Assembly (NCBI GenBank): GCA_944324195.1
Contig: CALUVJ010000001.1
Span: 1-61,785 of the forward strand
Reading direction: 5' to 3'
From: Candidatus Gastranaerophilales bacterium
GTDB taxonomy: Bacteria; Cyanobacteriota; Vampirovibrionia; Gastranaerophilales; Gastranaerophilaceae
Length of the DNA stretch: 61,785 nt
Shown piece by piece: positions 1 through 11,466 of the stretch (position 1 is its first letter; each line of letters starts with the position of its first letter). The notes beneath the pieces are model-generated. The model did not search any database, was not told where the DNA came from, and saw only the letters and a program-made list of their open reading frames with translations. The translations under genes and the position numbers were made by a program.

Positions 1-1
1 T

Positions 2-55
2 CCATCAGCAAAAGAAAAAATTGAAGCAGCAGGCGGAAAGGTTGAATTAGTATAA
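2..55 (+). CDS. rplO: 50S ribosomal protein L15, 3' end only (truncated by window)
   Basis: Frame 2 reads PSAKEKIEAAGGKVELV*, the typical L15 C-terminus; its TAA overlaps the secY ATG (TAATG). Confidence 0.93.
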   Translation, partial: PSAKEKIEAAGGKVELV

Positions 56-1392
56 TGACAGGCGGAATGAGAATGCCGACTACGGCAGATTTGATGTCAA
101 TGTGGAATGCATCAGGATTAAAAGAAAAATTAATTTTTACTTTTATTATGCTTGTACTGTTCCGTTTTGGTATTCATTTGCCGGTGTATGGTATAAATAA
201 TGAAATTTTTTCAAATTTAGCTTCCGGAAATAACATTCTCGGGTTTTTAGACCTGTTCTCCGGCGGTGCATTGGGAAAAGTTTCCATATTTGCTTTAGGT
301 ATCGGACCTTATATTACATCATCAATTATAATGCAATTGATGGCTGTAATTATTCCGGCACTTGAAAAGTTACAGAAAGAGGACGGAGAAGCAGGCAGAC
401 GTAAACTTTCTCAATATACAAGATTATTTACGGTCGTACTTGCAGCTTTCCAGGGAATGATTTTTATGGGCTATCTTGCTCATTTACCGGGCTCAATTAC
501 TGCCGGACTAAATCATGCAATGTTCTATATTTCTTCTGTAATAACACTTACTGCAGGTTCTGTACTTGTAATGTGGATGTCTGAATTAATTACGGAAAAA
601 GGCATCGGAAACGGCGGCTCTTTGATAATTTTTGTGGGTATCTTATCAGGTATTCCGCTTTATTCATCAAGAACCGCTCAAATGGTTTCTAATGACTCAT
701 CTTTAATGTGGGGATTAATTCTTTTACTTGCAATTTTCTTTGTTACAATGGTTTTCATTGTAATAATGCAGGAAGCTGTAAGAAAAGTTATTATTGTTAA
801 CCCTAAAAGACAAGTTGGAAACAAGGTTTACGGCGGAGTAAATACTTTTATACCATTTAAACTTAATCCGGGCGGGGTTATGCCGATAATCTTCGCGGTA
901 GCAATTCTTCTGTTCCCATCTACAATATTAAGTCTTGTCGGGCAAGCAAATTTGCCTGCCGGATGGATTCAGGATGTTGTACTCGTTCTGAATAAAATAT
1001 TTAACCCTAGCGGTATAACTTATTACGCAATATATTTCTTAATGATTGTAGGACTGACTTTCTTCTACGCATCAATTATGCCAAATATGCAGCCAAAAGA
1101 TATTGCTGATAATTTGAAAAAATACGGTTCATCAATTCCGGGGGTTAAGCCCGGCAGACCTACTGCGGAAGCTCTTGATAAAATACTGACTAAAACAATT
1201 TTTATTGGAGCTTTAGGCTTGGGTATAATTGCCCTTGTTCCTGCTTTCGCCAGTTACATTACACGAATAACCACTCTGCAGGGAATCGGTGCTACATCTC
1301 TGATAATCATGGTTGGTGTTGCATTAGATTTTATAAACCAGATAAAAACACACTTGCTTGCAAGAAATTACGAATCATTTCTTAAAGAATAA
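55..1392 (+). CDS. secY: Preprotein translocase subunit SecY
   Basis: About 10 hydrophobic segments; motifs SIFALGIGPYITSSII, GIGNGGSLII, GGVMPIIFA, IPGVKPG, GATSLIIMVGV; follows rplO. Confidence 0.99.
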   Translation: MTGGMRMPTTADLMSMWNASGLKEKLIFTFIMLVLFRFGIHLPVYGINNEIFSNLASGNNILGFLDLFSGGALGKVSIFALGIGPYITSSIIMQLMAVIIPALEKLQKEDGEAGRRKLSQYTRLFTVVLAAFQGMIFMGYLAHLPGSITAGLNHAMFYISSVITLTAGSVLVMWMSELITEKGIGNGGSLIIFVGILSGIPLYSSRTAQMVSNDSSLMWGLILLLAIFFVTMVFIVIMQEAVRKVIIVNPKRQVGNKVYGGVNTFIPFKLNPGGVMPIIFAVAILLFPSTILSLVGQANLPAGWIQDVVLVLNKIFNPSGITYYAIYFLMIVGLTFFYASIMPNMQPKDIADNLKKYGSSIPGVKPGRPTAEALDKILTKTIFIGALGLGIIALVPAFASYITRITTLQGIGATSLIIMVGVALDFINQIKTHLLARNYESFLKE

Positions 1393-1411
1393 AAGGTGTT
1401 AATACAATAAA

Positions 1412-1445
1412 AAAAACCCTTTAGATAAAACTCTAAAGGGTTTTT
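1412..1445. terminator. Bidirectional intrinsic terminator after secY
   Basis: AAAAACCCTTTAGA-taaaac-TCTAAAGGGTTTTT hairpin between convergent genes. Confidence 0.85.
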
Positions 1446-1939
1446 ATTTGTATCCAATCATAAAGATTTCTTATGTCTCCATAGTCAAATTCTTTTAAAA
1501 CATTTGGAGTATCAAGACTCTCAATTATAGGATTAATATTGATTTCACCGTTACTGTAAACATCAGAATAATTTTTACCTTCTCTCACACAAAACGGAAC
1601 TTTGACATTACCTTCTTTGTATAAATAGGCAAGCCCGTGAACCCTGCAAATTATCGGGCGATATTGGTACACAGAACATTTTTTGTCAATCAGAAACGGG
1701 CATTTTCCACCTTTAACCATTGATTTAAAGTTTGTCTGAACCTTCTTTTTAGTTTCATTATCAAGCTTGATGTATCCCTGCATAAGATATTCCAATTCAA
1801 GTTGAGAGAGGGGATAATCTCCTGCTTCGCAGCAAAAAGAACATCCGGCTTTGCAATGAATATGAGACTTGTGTTGATTGAAATAATTTTTTAACCTTAA
1901 ATCGAAATCTTGTAAGAAATCTTTGTATTTTTTATCCAT
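1433..1939 (-). CDS. YkgJ-family cysteine-cluster (Zn/Fe-S) protein
   Basis: CxxGCxxCC ... CPFL ... CSVYxxRPxxCR motif set. Confidence 0.9.
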   Translation of the reverse strand: MDKKYKDFLQDFDLRLKNYFNQHKSHIHCKAGCSFCCEAGDYPLSQLELEYLMQGYIKLDNETKKKVQTNFKSMVKGGKCPFLIDKKCSVYQYRPIICRVHGLAYLYKEGNVKVPFCVREGKNYSDVYSNGEININPIIESLDTPNVLKEFDYGDIRNLYDWIQIKTL

Positions 1940-1944
1940 AATAA

Positions 1945-2565
1945 TTAACGTTTGCTGCGGAATCTTGCCCAGAAACTTTTTGAAGCATGACTTTCTAACT
2001 GCTCAATCCTTTGAGAGAGTTCCTTATTATGTTCCAGAAGCTCTTTAACCTGTTTGGCAAGAATCTCATTATCTCTCTTATATCCGCCGGCTTCAATAAG
2101 CCTTGTTGCCATATCAGAATTAGTAATATCATCACTAATTTTCTTTGCAACAGCTTGCGCAAGCATTTGCAGAGTTTGGCTGGAAACATCAAGTGTAAAG
2201 CTCTTTCCTTGCGGAATAATATCAGGAGAAGTTTCTTCCTTTAGAGACGGCTCCTGCAGAACTTCCTCAACAGAATCACTTACAATAACGGGTTGCACAG
2301 GCTTCAGAGGTTCTTCATTTTTTTCAACCTTAGCTTCCATTCTGGAAAGTTTGGTTATAATCTGCTCATCACTGTAACCTTGTGCTTTTAGAGAAATTCC
2401 TTTTTTTATTTTTTCCAAAGCTAAATCGTCATAAAACTCAAGCCCGTCCTCATCTTCATATATGGCTTCTATTTTCCAATCCTGTAAAAACAAATCAAGC
2501 GAATGATTATCTATGTAATAATTTTCAGCATTTAAACTTTTTAAAATTGAATCTCTGTTAAACAT
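1945..2565 (-). CDS. Hypothetical protein, possible MerR-like winged-helix N-terminus, C-terminal coiled coil and amphipathic tail
   Basis: FYDDLALEKIKKGISLKAQGYSDEQI resembles the MerR wing/helix; heptad stretch NEILAKQVKELLEHNKELSQRIEQLE; tail SFWARFR. Start moved to ATG 2565 (GAGGA upstream). Confidence 0.6.
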   Translation of the reverse strand: MFNRDSILKSLNAENYYIDNHSLDLFLQDWKIEAIYEDEDGLEFYDDLALEKIKKGISLKAQGYSDEQIITKLSRMEAKVEKNEEPLKPVQPVIVSDSVEEVLQEPSLKEETSPDIIPQGKSFTLDVSSQTLQMLAQAVAKKISDDITNSDMATRLIEAGGYKRDNEILAKQVKELLEHNKELSQRIEQLESHASKSFWARFRSKR

Positions 2566-2600
2566 CCGCCATTCCTCTTTTATAATACACTTATCAGACA

Positions 2601-3047
2601 CTATCGTTTCATTATACGTGCAATATCCCGCTCCTGAGTCTTTTTGGTAATAGTTTCTCTTTTGTCATAAAGTTTTTTACCTTTTGCCAACCCCAGCTCT
2701 ATTTTAGCAAAACCATGAGTTAAAAACAATTCTAAAGGAACAATTGTTACACCATCTTTTTTCACTTTATCTGAAATTTTCAGAATTTCACGTTTATTCA
2801 AAAGTAATTTTCTCACCCTGTCAGGCTTATGATTAAAACGATTGCCCTGTTCGTATGGTGAGATATGCATTCCGTAGAGAAAAACTTCATTATCCTCAAT
2901 TTTTGCAAAAGAATCTTTAAGATTTATTGTTCCTTTTCTTATGGATTTTATTTCTGTACCTGTAAGAACAATCCCTGCAATAAATTTGTCAAAAATCAAA
3001 AAATCGTGAAAAGCTTTTCTGTTTGTTGAAATTACTTTTTTATCCAT
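2601..3047 (-). CDS. smpB: SsrA-binding protein SmpB
   Basis: NRKAFHD, AGIVLTGTEIKSIR, RKLLL, KGKKLYDKRE motifs. Confidence 0.99.
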   Translation of the reverse strand: MDKKVISTNRKAFHDFLIFDKFIAGIVLTGTEIKSIRKGTINLKDSFAKIEDNEVFLYGMHISPYEQGNRFNHKPDRVRKLLLNKREILKISDKVKKDGVTIVPLELFLTHGFAKIELGLAKGKKLYDKRETITKKTQERDIARIMKR

Positions 3048-3089
3048 AGGTGTATTATAAAAGAAAATTGCCGGTTTGTATATAGGCTT

Positions 3090-4046
3090 TTATTTAACAA
3101 ATGAGCGTTCCCTCTCCTGCGGGGAGGGTGGGGAGGGGGTAAATTTAATACCCTGATAGGAATTTCTGCGCTCAAATTCTCTGTCTATTTTATTAAGGCA
3201 GTCGAGTTTTTTCCCTATCCAGCGCGGGGCAACAAGTTCTGTTCTTAATCCGTTTCCTGCAAGCCTGTGAATAGTGGTTTCGGGCGGCAAATATTCCAAG
3301 AAATCACAAACGGTTTTTACATATTCATCCTCCGTCATAAAATCAATTTCTCCCGCCCTGTACATTTCAGCCAGCTTTGTACCTTCCAACGCACACAACA
3401 TGTGGATTTTTACGCCTTCCGGTTCTAATTGGGCAATCGTTTTTGCAGTATCCATCATTTCATCATAAGTTTCAAAAAGGTTGAGAATAACATGCAGACA
3501 AATATTTATACCGTAGGATTTTGTTTTTTCATAAGCTTTTAAAAAGCAAGCATAGTCGTGTCCGCGATTAATTTTTTTTAATGTTTTGTCATGTACTGAT
3601 TGAAGCCCGTATTCAATCCAGGTGTAATAATCGGGTGTAAATGAAGATATAAGTTTGAGTTTCGTATCATCAATACAGTCAGGGCGTGTACCGATTGAAA
3701 GCCCCACAATATCAGGATGTGTAAGAGATGCTTTATATATTTTTTCAAGTTCATCTACGGGCTTATAAGTATTAGAAAAAGCCTGAAAATATGACATAAA
3801 TTTTTCAGCTTTAAACCTTTTCTTTAAAGTTTCTGCACCTACTCTGACTTGTTCTTCTATGCTTAATTGATTGGAATGCGCTTGTGAAAAGCTTCCGCCG
3901 TCGTCACAGAAGATACATCCGCAGTTTGAAATTGTTCCGTCTCTGTTAGGGCAGGAAAAACCCGCATCAATCGTTATTTTGTAAACCTTAGCACCAAATT
4001 TTTGTTTTAAGAAACTGCTGTATTGATTGTATCTTTTTTCTTCCAC
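3090..4046 (-). CDS. TIGR01212/YhcC-family radical SAM protein
   Basis: GFSCPNRDG...GCIFC, YFQAFSNTY, IGTRPDC, EYGLQS, NRGH motifs. Confidence 0.95.
   Translation of the reverse strand: MEEKRYNQYSSFLKQKFGAKVYKITIDAGFSCPNRDGTISNCGCIFCDDGGSFSQAHSNQLSIEEQVRVGAETLKKRFKAEKFMSYFQAFSNTYKPVDELEKIYKASLTHPDIVGLSIGTRPDCIDDTKLKLISSFTPDYYTWIEYGLQSVHDKTLKKINRGHDYACFLKAYEKTKSYGINICLHVILNLFETYDEMMDTAKTIAQLEPEGVKIHMLCALEGTKLAEMYRAGEIDFMTEDEYVKTVCDFLEYLPPETTIHRLAGNGLRTELVAPRWIGKKLDCLNKIDREFERRNSYQGIKFTPSPPSPQERERSFVK
3106..3139. repeat. CCCTC-type REP-like unit overlapping the 3' end of the radical SAM gene
   Basis: CGTTCCCTCTCCTGCGGGGAGGGTGGGGAGGGGG nearly matches 34007-34041 (CGTTCCCTCTCCAGCGGGGAGGGTTAGGGAGGGGG). 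Confidence 0.9.
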
Positions 4047-4069
4047 AATAATTCCGTCCTGCCCGCCGG

Positions 4070-5437
4070 TTACAAACTAATCAAATACCATGTAACAAGT
4101 GTCAGGTATATAGCAAGTCCGATAACATCAATAGTTGTTGCAATAACCGGTCCTGAAGCAACTGCGGGATCTATTTTTAATTTTTTTAATATTAACGGCG
4201 TACAGGTTCCAATCATGGTAGCAATAGTCATATTAAGCGACATTGCGATACCGACAATAAGTCCCAGTTCTAAATTATGCTGCCAGCCCCATGTTACAAG
4301 AGTTACAAGCAGGCCAAAAACGGCGCCGATACTCAATCCGGTAATAGTTTCTCTCATAATCTGATGCCAGCCGGAACTCAAAGTAATTTGTCCCGTTGAC
4401 ATACCTCTGACCATAAGAGTGATACTCTGTGTACCGATGTTTCCGCCAAGCCCGGCAAGAAGCGGCATAAAAGCCGCAATTATCGGGAGTGCCGAAAAAG
4501 TTTTGTCATATTTGTTTGTAACTGTTACTGCAATAAATTCTCCGATTAGAGTTATAAAAAGCCACGGAATCCTTGCTTTTATTGAATGTGCAAGACTTCC
4601 CGTTAAAATATCGTCATCATCATCGCCCAAATCAGTTACGATACCGGAAGATGTATAAATTTCATCAGTAGTTTCTTCTTCAACAATATCCTGAACGTCA
4701 TCCCACGTTACAATACCTTTCAGGTGATTATACAAATCGACTACAGGTAATGCATTAAACTGGTATTTCATAAAAATATCCGCTATGTGGCCCTGATAAT
4801 CATCTATATGCACTTTAACAATATCTTTTGACATTATATCAGATATATTTAAATCTACAGGTGTTGTAAGAAGATTTCTTAAAGAAACTACCCCTACAAG
4901 ATGATTATGTTTATCCACAACGTAAACATAATAAAGCTCCATGTTTTCTTTTTCAGCTTTAATCCTTATTGTGTCAAGAGCTTCTTTTACTGTCATATTA
5001 TCGTATACGGTAAGAACCAGCGGGTTCATAATACCACCTGCGGAGTCCTCATTGTAGGTCAAAAGTTCACGAACTTCTGAGGAGAATTTTTGCGGTAATT
5101 GCTCTAAGTATGCCCGAGACTCATCCTCCTCCATATCGCCTAAAACGTCAGCCGCTTCATCATGCGGGAGTTTGGAAATCAATCTGGAAGCAAGTTCTGT
5201 ATCAATATCGCCTAAAATTTCCACCTGCAATTGAGGAGGCAAATATTCAATAACATCTGAAGCTTTTTCCTCATCAATGACAGGAAAGCACTTTAGCCTT
5301 TCATCCGGTTTAAGCTGCTGGATAATGTCAGCCAAATCTGCTGAGTGATAGCTGTTTAATTCTTCACTCAGCTGTTTTTCGGAACCGTTATCAAGGATTT
5401 CCTGTATTCTGTCTATTGTATTTTCTATGTTTGGCAT
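4070..5437 (-). CDS. mgtE: Magnesium transporter MgtE
   Basis: N-terminal helical domain, CBS pair, TM region with ARIPWL, GGNIGTQS, IDPAVASGP, TTIDVIG. Confidence 0.98.
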   Translation of the reverse strand: MPNIENTIDRIQEILDNGSEKQLSEELNSYHSADLADIIQQLKPDERLKCFPVIDEEKASDVIEYLPPQLQVEILGDIDTELASRLISKLPHDEAADVLGDMEEDESRAYLEQLPQKFSSEVRELLTYNEDSAGGIMNPLVLTVYDNMTVKEALDTIRIKAEKENMELYYVYVVDKHNHLVGVVSLRNLLTTPVDLNISDIMSKDIVKVHIDDYQGHIADIFMKYQFNALPVVDLYNHLKGIVTWDDVQDIVEEETTDEIYTSSGIVTDLGDDDDDILTGSLAHSIKARIPWLFITLIGEFIAVTVTNKYDKTFSALPIIAAFMPLLAGLGGNIGTQSITLMVRGMSTGQITLSSGWHQIMRETITGLSIGAVFGLLVTLVTWGWQHNLELGLIVGIAMSLNMTIATMIGTCTPLILKKLKIDPAVASGPVIATTIDVIGLAIYLTLVTWYLISL

Positions 5438-5443
5438 TGTTTA

Positions 5444-5520
5444 GTTTAGGAGTTTAGAAGTTTAGGAGTTGAGAAGAAATTTTTGATTAGATTCTTCTAA
5501 ACTTATCCCCTTCTAAACTT
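5444..5520. repeat. Inverted arms of 8-nt tandem units (GTTTAGRA family)
   Basis: GTTTAGGA GTTTAGAA GTTTAGGA GTTGAGAA facing TTCTAAAC copies; fills the mgtE-yajQ spacer. Confidence 0.8.
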
Positions 5521-5526
5521 TTTTCT

Positions 5527-6027
5527 TTATCTGTAATTTGTAAACTGCAATGGTGCGTCATACTTTTCTTCATTTGTGCGGAGCATTTGAATTACCGCTT
5601 GTAAATCATCTCTGCTTTTTCCGGAAACTCTAACCTGCTCGCCCTGAATTGAAGCCTGCACTTTTAATTTTGTATCCTTAATATCACTTACAATCTTTTT
5701 TGCAAGTTCTTGTGTAAGTCCTTTTTTCAGATTATATACCTGTCTGACGTTTCCGCCCAGAGCATTTTCAATCGGCTGTGCGTCAAGAATTTTTATACTA
5801 ATCCCCCTTTTAATAAGTTTGGATTGCAAAATATCATAAATATTTTTTAACTTCATATCATCATTTGTTGTGATAGTAATTGACTTATCAGCTTCCAAAT
5901 CAATAGATGAGTTAGAGTTTTTCAAGTCAAAACGCGAAGTTAAATCTCTCTTAACCTGATCAACCGCGTTAACAAGTTCTTGTTTGTCAAATTCGGATAC
6001 TACATCAAAACTGCAATCTTTTGCCAT
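5527..6027 (-). CDS. yajQ: YajQ-family nucleotide/c-di-GMP-binding protein
   Basis: SFDVVSE, NAVDQ, RFDLK, KVQASIQGEQVRVSGKSRDDLQ, LQFTNYR. Confidence 0.97.
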   Translation of the reverse strand: MAKDCSFDVVSEFDKQELVNAVDQVKRDLTSRFDLKNSNSSIDLEADKSITITTNDDMKLKNIYDILQSKLIKRGISIKILDAQPIENALGGNVRQVYNLKKGLTQELAKKIVSDIKDTKLKVQASIQGEQVRVSGKSRDDLQAVIQMLRTNEEKYDAPLQFTNYR

Positions 6028-6103
6028 TTCTATGACTCCTATCTTTATTACATACTAAATAATAGCATGAATAAATGATAAAAGACATGAATAAATAATT
6101 ACC

Positions 6104-6328
6104 CTATCCTCCTAATACGTTATTCAAAAAACGTTTAAACCAGGATGGCTTCAAGCTGTTTTTAGGCTCCGGAAGCACTGGCTTAGGGTACTCCTGCCAG
6201 TATGGTTCTTTTCTGAAACAATTCTCGCAGCCATATTTATTACGGAAATAAACATTTGTGTTTCCGCTGTTCATTCCCGCTCCGTACATTCCCATCATTC
6301 CAGGATAGCCGAATCCAAAATTCATCAT
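6104..6328 (-). CDS. Small hypothetical protein
   Basis: 74-aa ORF with AAGGTG ribosome-binding site; Gly/Met-rich N-terminus, CxxC, amphipathic C-terminal helix (SWFKRFLNNVL). Confidence 0.65.
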   Translation of the reverse strand: MMNFGFGYPGMMGMYGAGMNSGNTNVYFRNKYGCENCFRKEPYWQEYPKPVLPEPKNSLKPSWFKRFLNNVLGG

Positions 6329-6511
6329 AATTACACCTTTATGCTTACTACACTTATATATATAAAAACAAGTATATACTCAAAAATTGCCTTTTGTGTA
6401 ACGTAATGTAAAGCAAAAAGATATTTGTAAACTTCTGTTACAAAAAAGCAATTTTTACAAACAGATATACTTTATATAACTAAGGGATTTAAAAATTTAG
6501 AGGAGCATAAT

Positions 6512-8533
<2,022 letters not shown>

Positions 8534-8549
8534 TCTAAGATGTAAGATT

Positions 8550-8585
8550 AACAAAAAAGCGGATTTAAAAATCCGCTTTTTTGTT
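8550..8585 (+). terminator. Intrinsic terminator
   Basis: AACAAAAAAGCGGATTT-aa-AAATCCGCTTTTTTGTT inverted repeat. Confidence 0.9.
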
Positions 8586-8631
8586 GTAATTAAATCTCAA
8601 TTTTTAGTATAATTAAAATAACAAATTTATA

Positions 8632-9807
8632 ATGAAAGGCTTGAATATGATAATAATAGAAAAACCATACGCTTCTGAATTTCTTATTGATACAGTCGTA
8701 CAAAATGATTGGTACGTTCTGGAAAATGACGCAATAAAAGATGCTGACATTGAAGAAGGTGCTTTTGAGATGGTTCCTTCTGATATTGCTAAAAATTATT
8801 ATTTAACACAGGAATATCCTCTGATATATTCAAATTCCGAAAATGCAATATCTTGGGTTTTACAAAATCTTCCAAATTCTAATCTTAGTGAATATATAAA
8901 ATTTTGCAAAGATAAGGTTACATTCAGAGAAGCCCTTAGAGAAATGTACCCTGAATTTTTCTTTCAAGCAGTAACTTTAGATGAACTAAAAAATTTATCT
9001 GCTGAAAGTATAAAATTCCCTGTTGTTTTGAAGCCTTCTGTCGGGTTTTTAAGTTTTGGAGTACACACAATCAAAAACGCTGCAGAGTGGAAAACAGTAA
9101 TTGAAAAAATAGACAAAGAAATGCAGCAAGCTTCTGTTTTGTATCCGGATAATGTCATAAATTCTTCTAAATTCATTATAGAAGAGATGATTACAGGAGA
9201 AGAATTTGCAATTGATGCATATTACGACAGAGATGGTGAACCGGTAATTTTAAACATATTCCAGCATCCATTCTTAAATTCAAACGATGTAAGCGATAGA
9301 ATTTATTTGATGTCAGCCGGCATTATGATTAAATATATGGCAAAATTCGGATTATTGCTTAGAGATATCGGCAAATTAAAAAATATTAAAAACTTCCCTT
9401 TGCATATAGAAATTAGAGTTACGCCGGATGATAACATTATTCCTATAGAAATTAATCCTATGCGTTTTGCCGGATGGTGCACAACAGATGTCGCAAAATA
9501 TGCCTGGGGAATTAATGTTTATGAATGTTTCTTTGAGCAGAGAAAACCTGATTGGAACACAATTCTTGCAAATGCCGGCAAAGATGTATTTTATTTCTCT
9601 ATGGCGGAAGTTCCTATAAACGAAGATAAAAATAAAATACAGGGCTTTGAGTATGAAAGATTTCTGGCTAATTATTCAAATGTTCTGGAGGTCAGAAGAA
9701 TTAATTTCAAAGAAAACCCTCTATTTGCGATAATTTTCGGTTCAACTACAAGTAAAGATGAAGTTTTAAAAATACTGTCACTTAAAACAAAAGATTATAT
9801 ATTATAG
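8632..9807 (+). CDS. ATP-grasp domain protein
   Basis: DKxxFR, FPVVLKP..G..S.GV, IIEEMITGEEF, IEINPMRFAG. Confidence 0.9.
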   Translation: MKGLNMIIIEKPYASEFLIDTVVQNDWYVLENDAIKDADIEEGAFEMVPSDIAKNYYLTQEYPLIYSNSENAISWVLQNLPNSNLSEYIKFCKDKVTFREALREMYPEFFFQAVTLDELKNLSAESIKFPVVLKPSVGFLSFGVHTIKNAAEWKTVIEKIDKEMQQASVLYPDNVINSSKFIIEEMITGEEFAIDAYYDRDGEPVILNIFQHPFLNSNDVSDRIYLMSAGIMIKYMAKFGLLLRDIGKLKNIKNFPLHIEIRVTPDDNIIPIEINPMRFAGWCTTDVAKYAWGINVYECFFEQRKPDWNTILANAGKDVFYFSMAEVPINEDKNKIQGFEYERFLANYSNVLEVRRINFKENPLFAIIFGSTTSKDEVLKILSLKTKDYIL

Positions 9808-9856
9808 TGTAATCCTCTTTATTGAAGAACCATTATTACTGTGATAAAATATTTTT

Positions 9857-10513
9857 ATGGAAACTCTTAAGAGAATTTATGAGAGATTTAAAAAAATTGA
9901 CAAGAAAAAGCGCACCTATCTTCTTGCCGGTTTTGTTGTAATTTTTATTATGGGCTGGGCTTTTATAAGCGCAGCTTTAATTACTGCAAACTATACAAGA
10001 GCTCAATTAAAAGGTTCTCCGGACGAACAAAAAGTTGATGCGCAAGGAATTATTATTACAGAAACAAAAGACGGCAATAAATATTTTGAAATTTACGGCG
10101 AGACAGGGCATTACAGTAACGACCACAGCATTGCAACTCTTTATAATGTCATAGGAAATTTTTACAAAGAAAATAATGTCTCAATGAGTTTTCAATCCTC
10201 AAAGGGAACGTATAACGAAAAAACTAAAGAAATAACTTTGTACGAAAATACATTTATTGTTTTAGAAGATTCGACATCACTCACGACAGACAAACTTATC
10301 TGGTCCGGTTCAAATAAAGATACCATAGCAGAAGGCCACGTTGTAATCAAGAAAAACAACGAAATGATTGCAACTGCTGAAAAGGGTATAATTTATGCAG
10401 GATATGAAAAATTTAAGATTATAGGAAACACCACAACAAAATTGTATGATAAAGACGGCAAAGAAACTTCCGGTTCGGCTATTCAGTTGAACGGTAAGAA
10501 AGGGGCTAAATGA
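9857..10513 (+). CDS. lptC: LPS export periplasmic protein LptC-like
   Basis: Single N-terminal TM helix followed by a beta-jellyroll-like region (LTTDKLIW); overlaps the downstream LptA-like gene. Confidence 0.8.
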   Translation: METLKRIYERFKKIDKKKRTYLLAGFVVIFIMGWAFISAALITANYTRAQLKGSPDEQKVDAQGIIITETKDGNKYFEIYGETGHYSNDHSIATLYNVIGNFYKENNVSMSFQSSKGTYNEKTKEITLYENTFIVLEDSTSLTTDKLIWSGSNKDTIAEGHVVIKKNNEMIATAEKGIIYAGYEKFKIIGNTTTKLYDKDGKETSGSAIQLNGKKGAK

Positions 10514-11466
10514 AAAAGGTTTTAGTTTTATTATTGTTAATATTTTCAAGCTTGGCAGTATTTTCGTCCGATTTGATAATTGATTCCAAAACTCAAACAT
10601 TTTCTGATAAAGAAAAGAAAATTAAACTCGACGGCGGAGTCAAAGTTAAGCTGGATAACCTGACTGTACAAAGCGACAGAGCAGATGTTACAGTGAGACG
10701 TAACAACAAATTGGACACTGCAACTTTCTATGATAAACCTTATGCCTATGAAGTAAATGAAAATAAAAAAAGAGAAGTTAAAGCAAATATTTTAAAAGTA
10801 TCATTGATTAATAAAATCGTAAGAGCAGAAGGCGAAGCCCAGTCTGTTATAACAGAAGGCAATACCCCAATCGTTGTTATTAATGCAGATGCGCAAGAAT
10901 ATGATATCAAAAGCAGTGTAATGGTCTGTACAGGCGGTGTAACAATTAAATATAAAGATATCGACACTTATTCTGACAAAGCCGTAATTATAGCGGATGA
11001 AAAAGGCGGTTTAAGAAAAATCGATTTGATAGGTAATGCCAGAGTAAAACAAGAACAAAACGAATCAGAAGGACATCATTTTGTCTACAATCCTATAACC
11101 GAAGAAATGAGCGTTTCGGGTAATACAAAAACAATAGCATACTCCGATGACGGTAAAAAACTTACAATACACTCTGACTATCAACAATACAGCAAAGTTC
11201 AAAACTCATATATCGGAAGCGGCCACGTTAAAATTTGGTTTGATGATTACTACGCCCAAGGGCCTAAAGTTTCCGTATTCCCGAATGAAGAGACAGGAAA
11301 ACCTAATGAAGTATATTTTGTAGGCCGGTCAAAAATTGTACAACAAGATAAAGATATAATTGCCGACAAAATTAAAATGACAATGGATCCTAAAGATTTT
11401 GTGGCAGAAGGAAACGTAAGAACTATCATTCATAATATAGATACAAAAGAAGAAGAGGATTTATAA
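10510..11466 (+). CDS. lptA: LptA/OstA-family protein with repeated OstA-like units
   Basis: Signal peptide; repeated IxA/SDxQ...GxVxI patterns; directly after lptC. Confidence 0.75.
   Translation: MKKVLVLLLLIFSSLAVFSSDLIIDSKTQTFSDKEKKIKLDGGVKVKLDNLTVQSDRADVTVRRNNKLDTATFYDKPYAYEVNENKKREVKANILKVSLINKIVRAEGEAQSVITEGNTPIVVINADAQEYDIKSSVMVCTGGVTIKYKDIDTYSDKAVIIADEKGGLRKIDLIGNARVKQEQNESEGHHFVYNPITEEMSVSGNTKTIAYSDDGKKLTIHSDYQQYSKVQNSYIGSGHVKIWFDDYYAQGPKVSVFPNEETGKPNEVYFVGRSKIVQQDKDIIADKIKMTMDPKDFVAEGNVRTIIHNIDTKEEEDL

Noticed and set aside
2601-3090. tmRNA gene near smpB
   Set aside because: No intergenic space and no tRNA-like ssrA ends seen.
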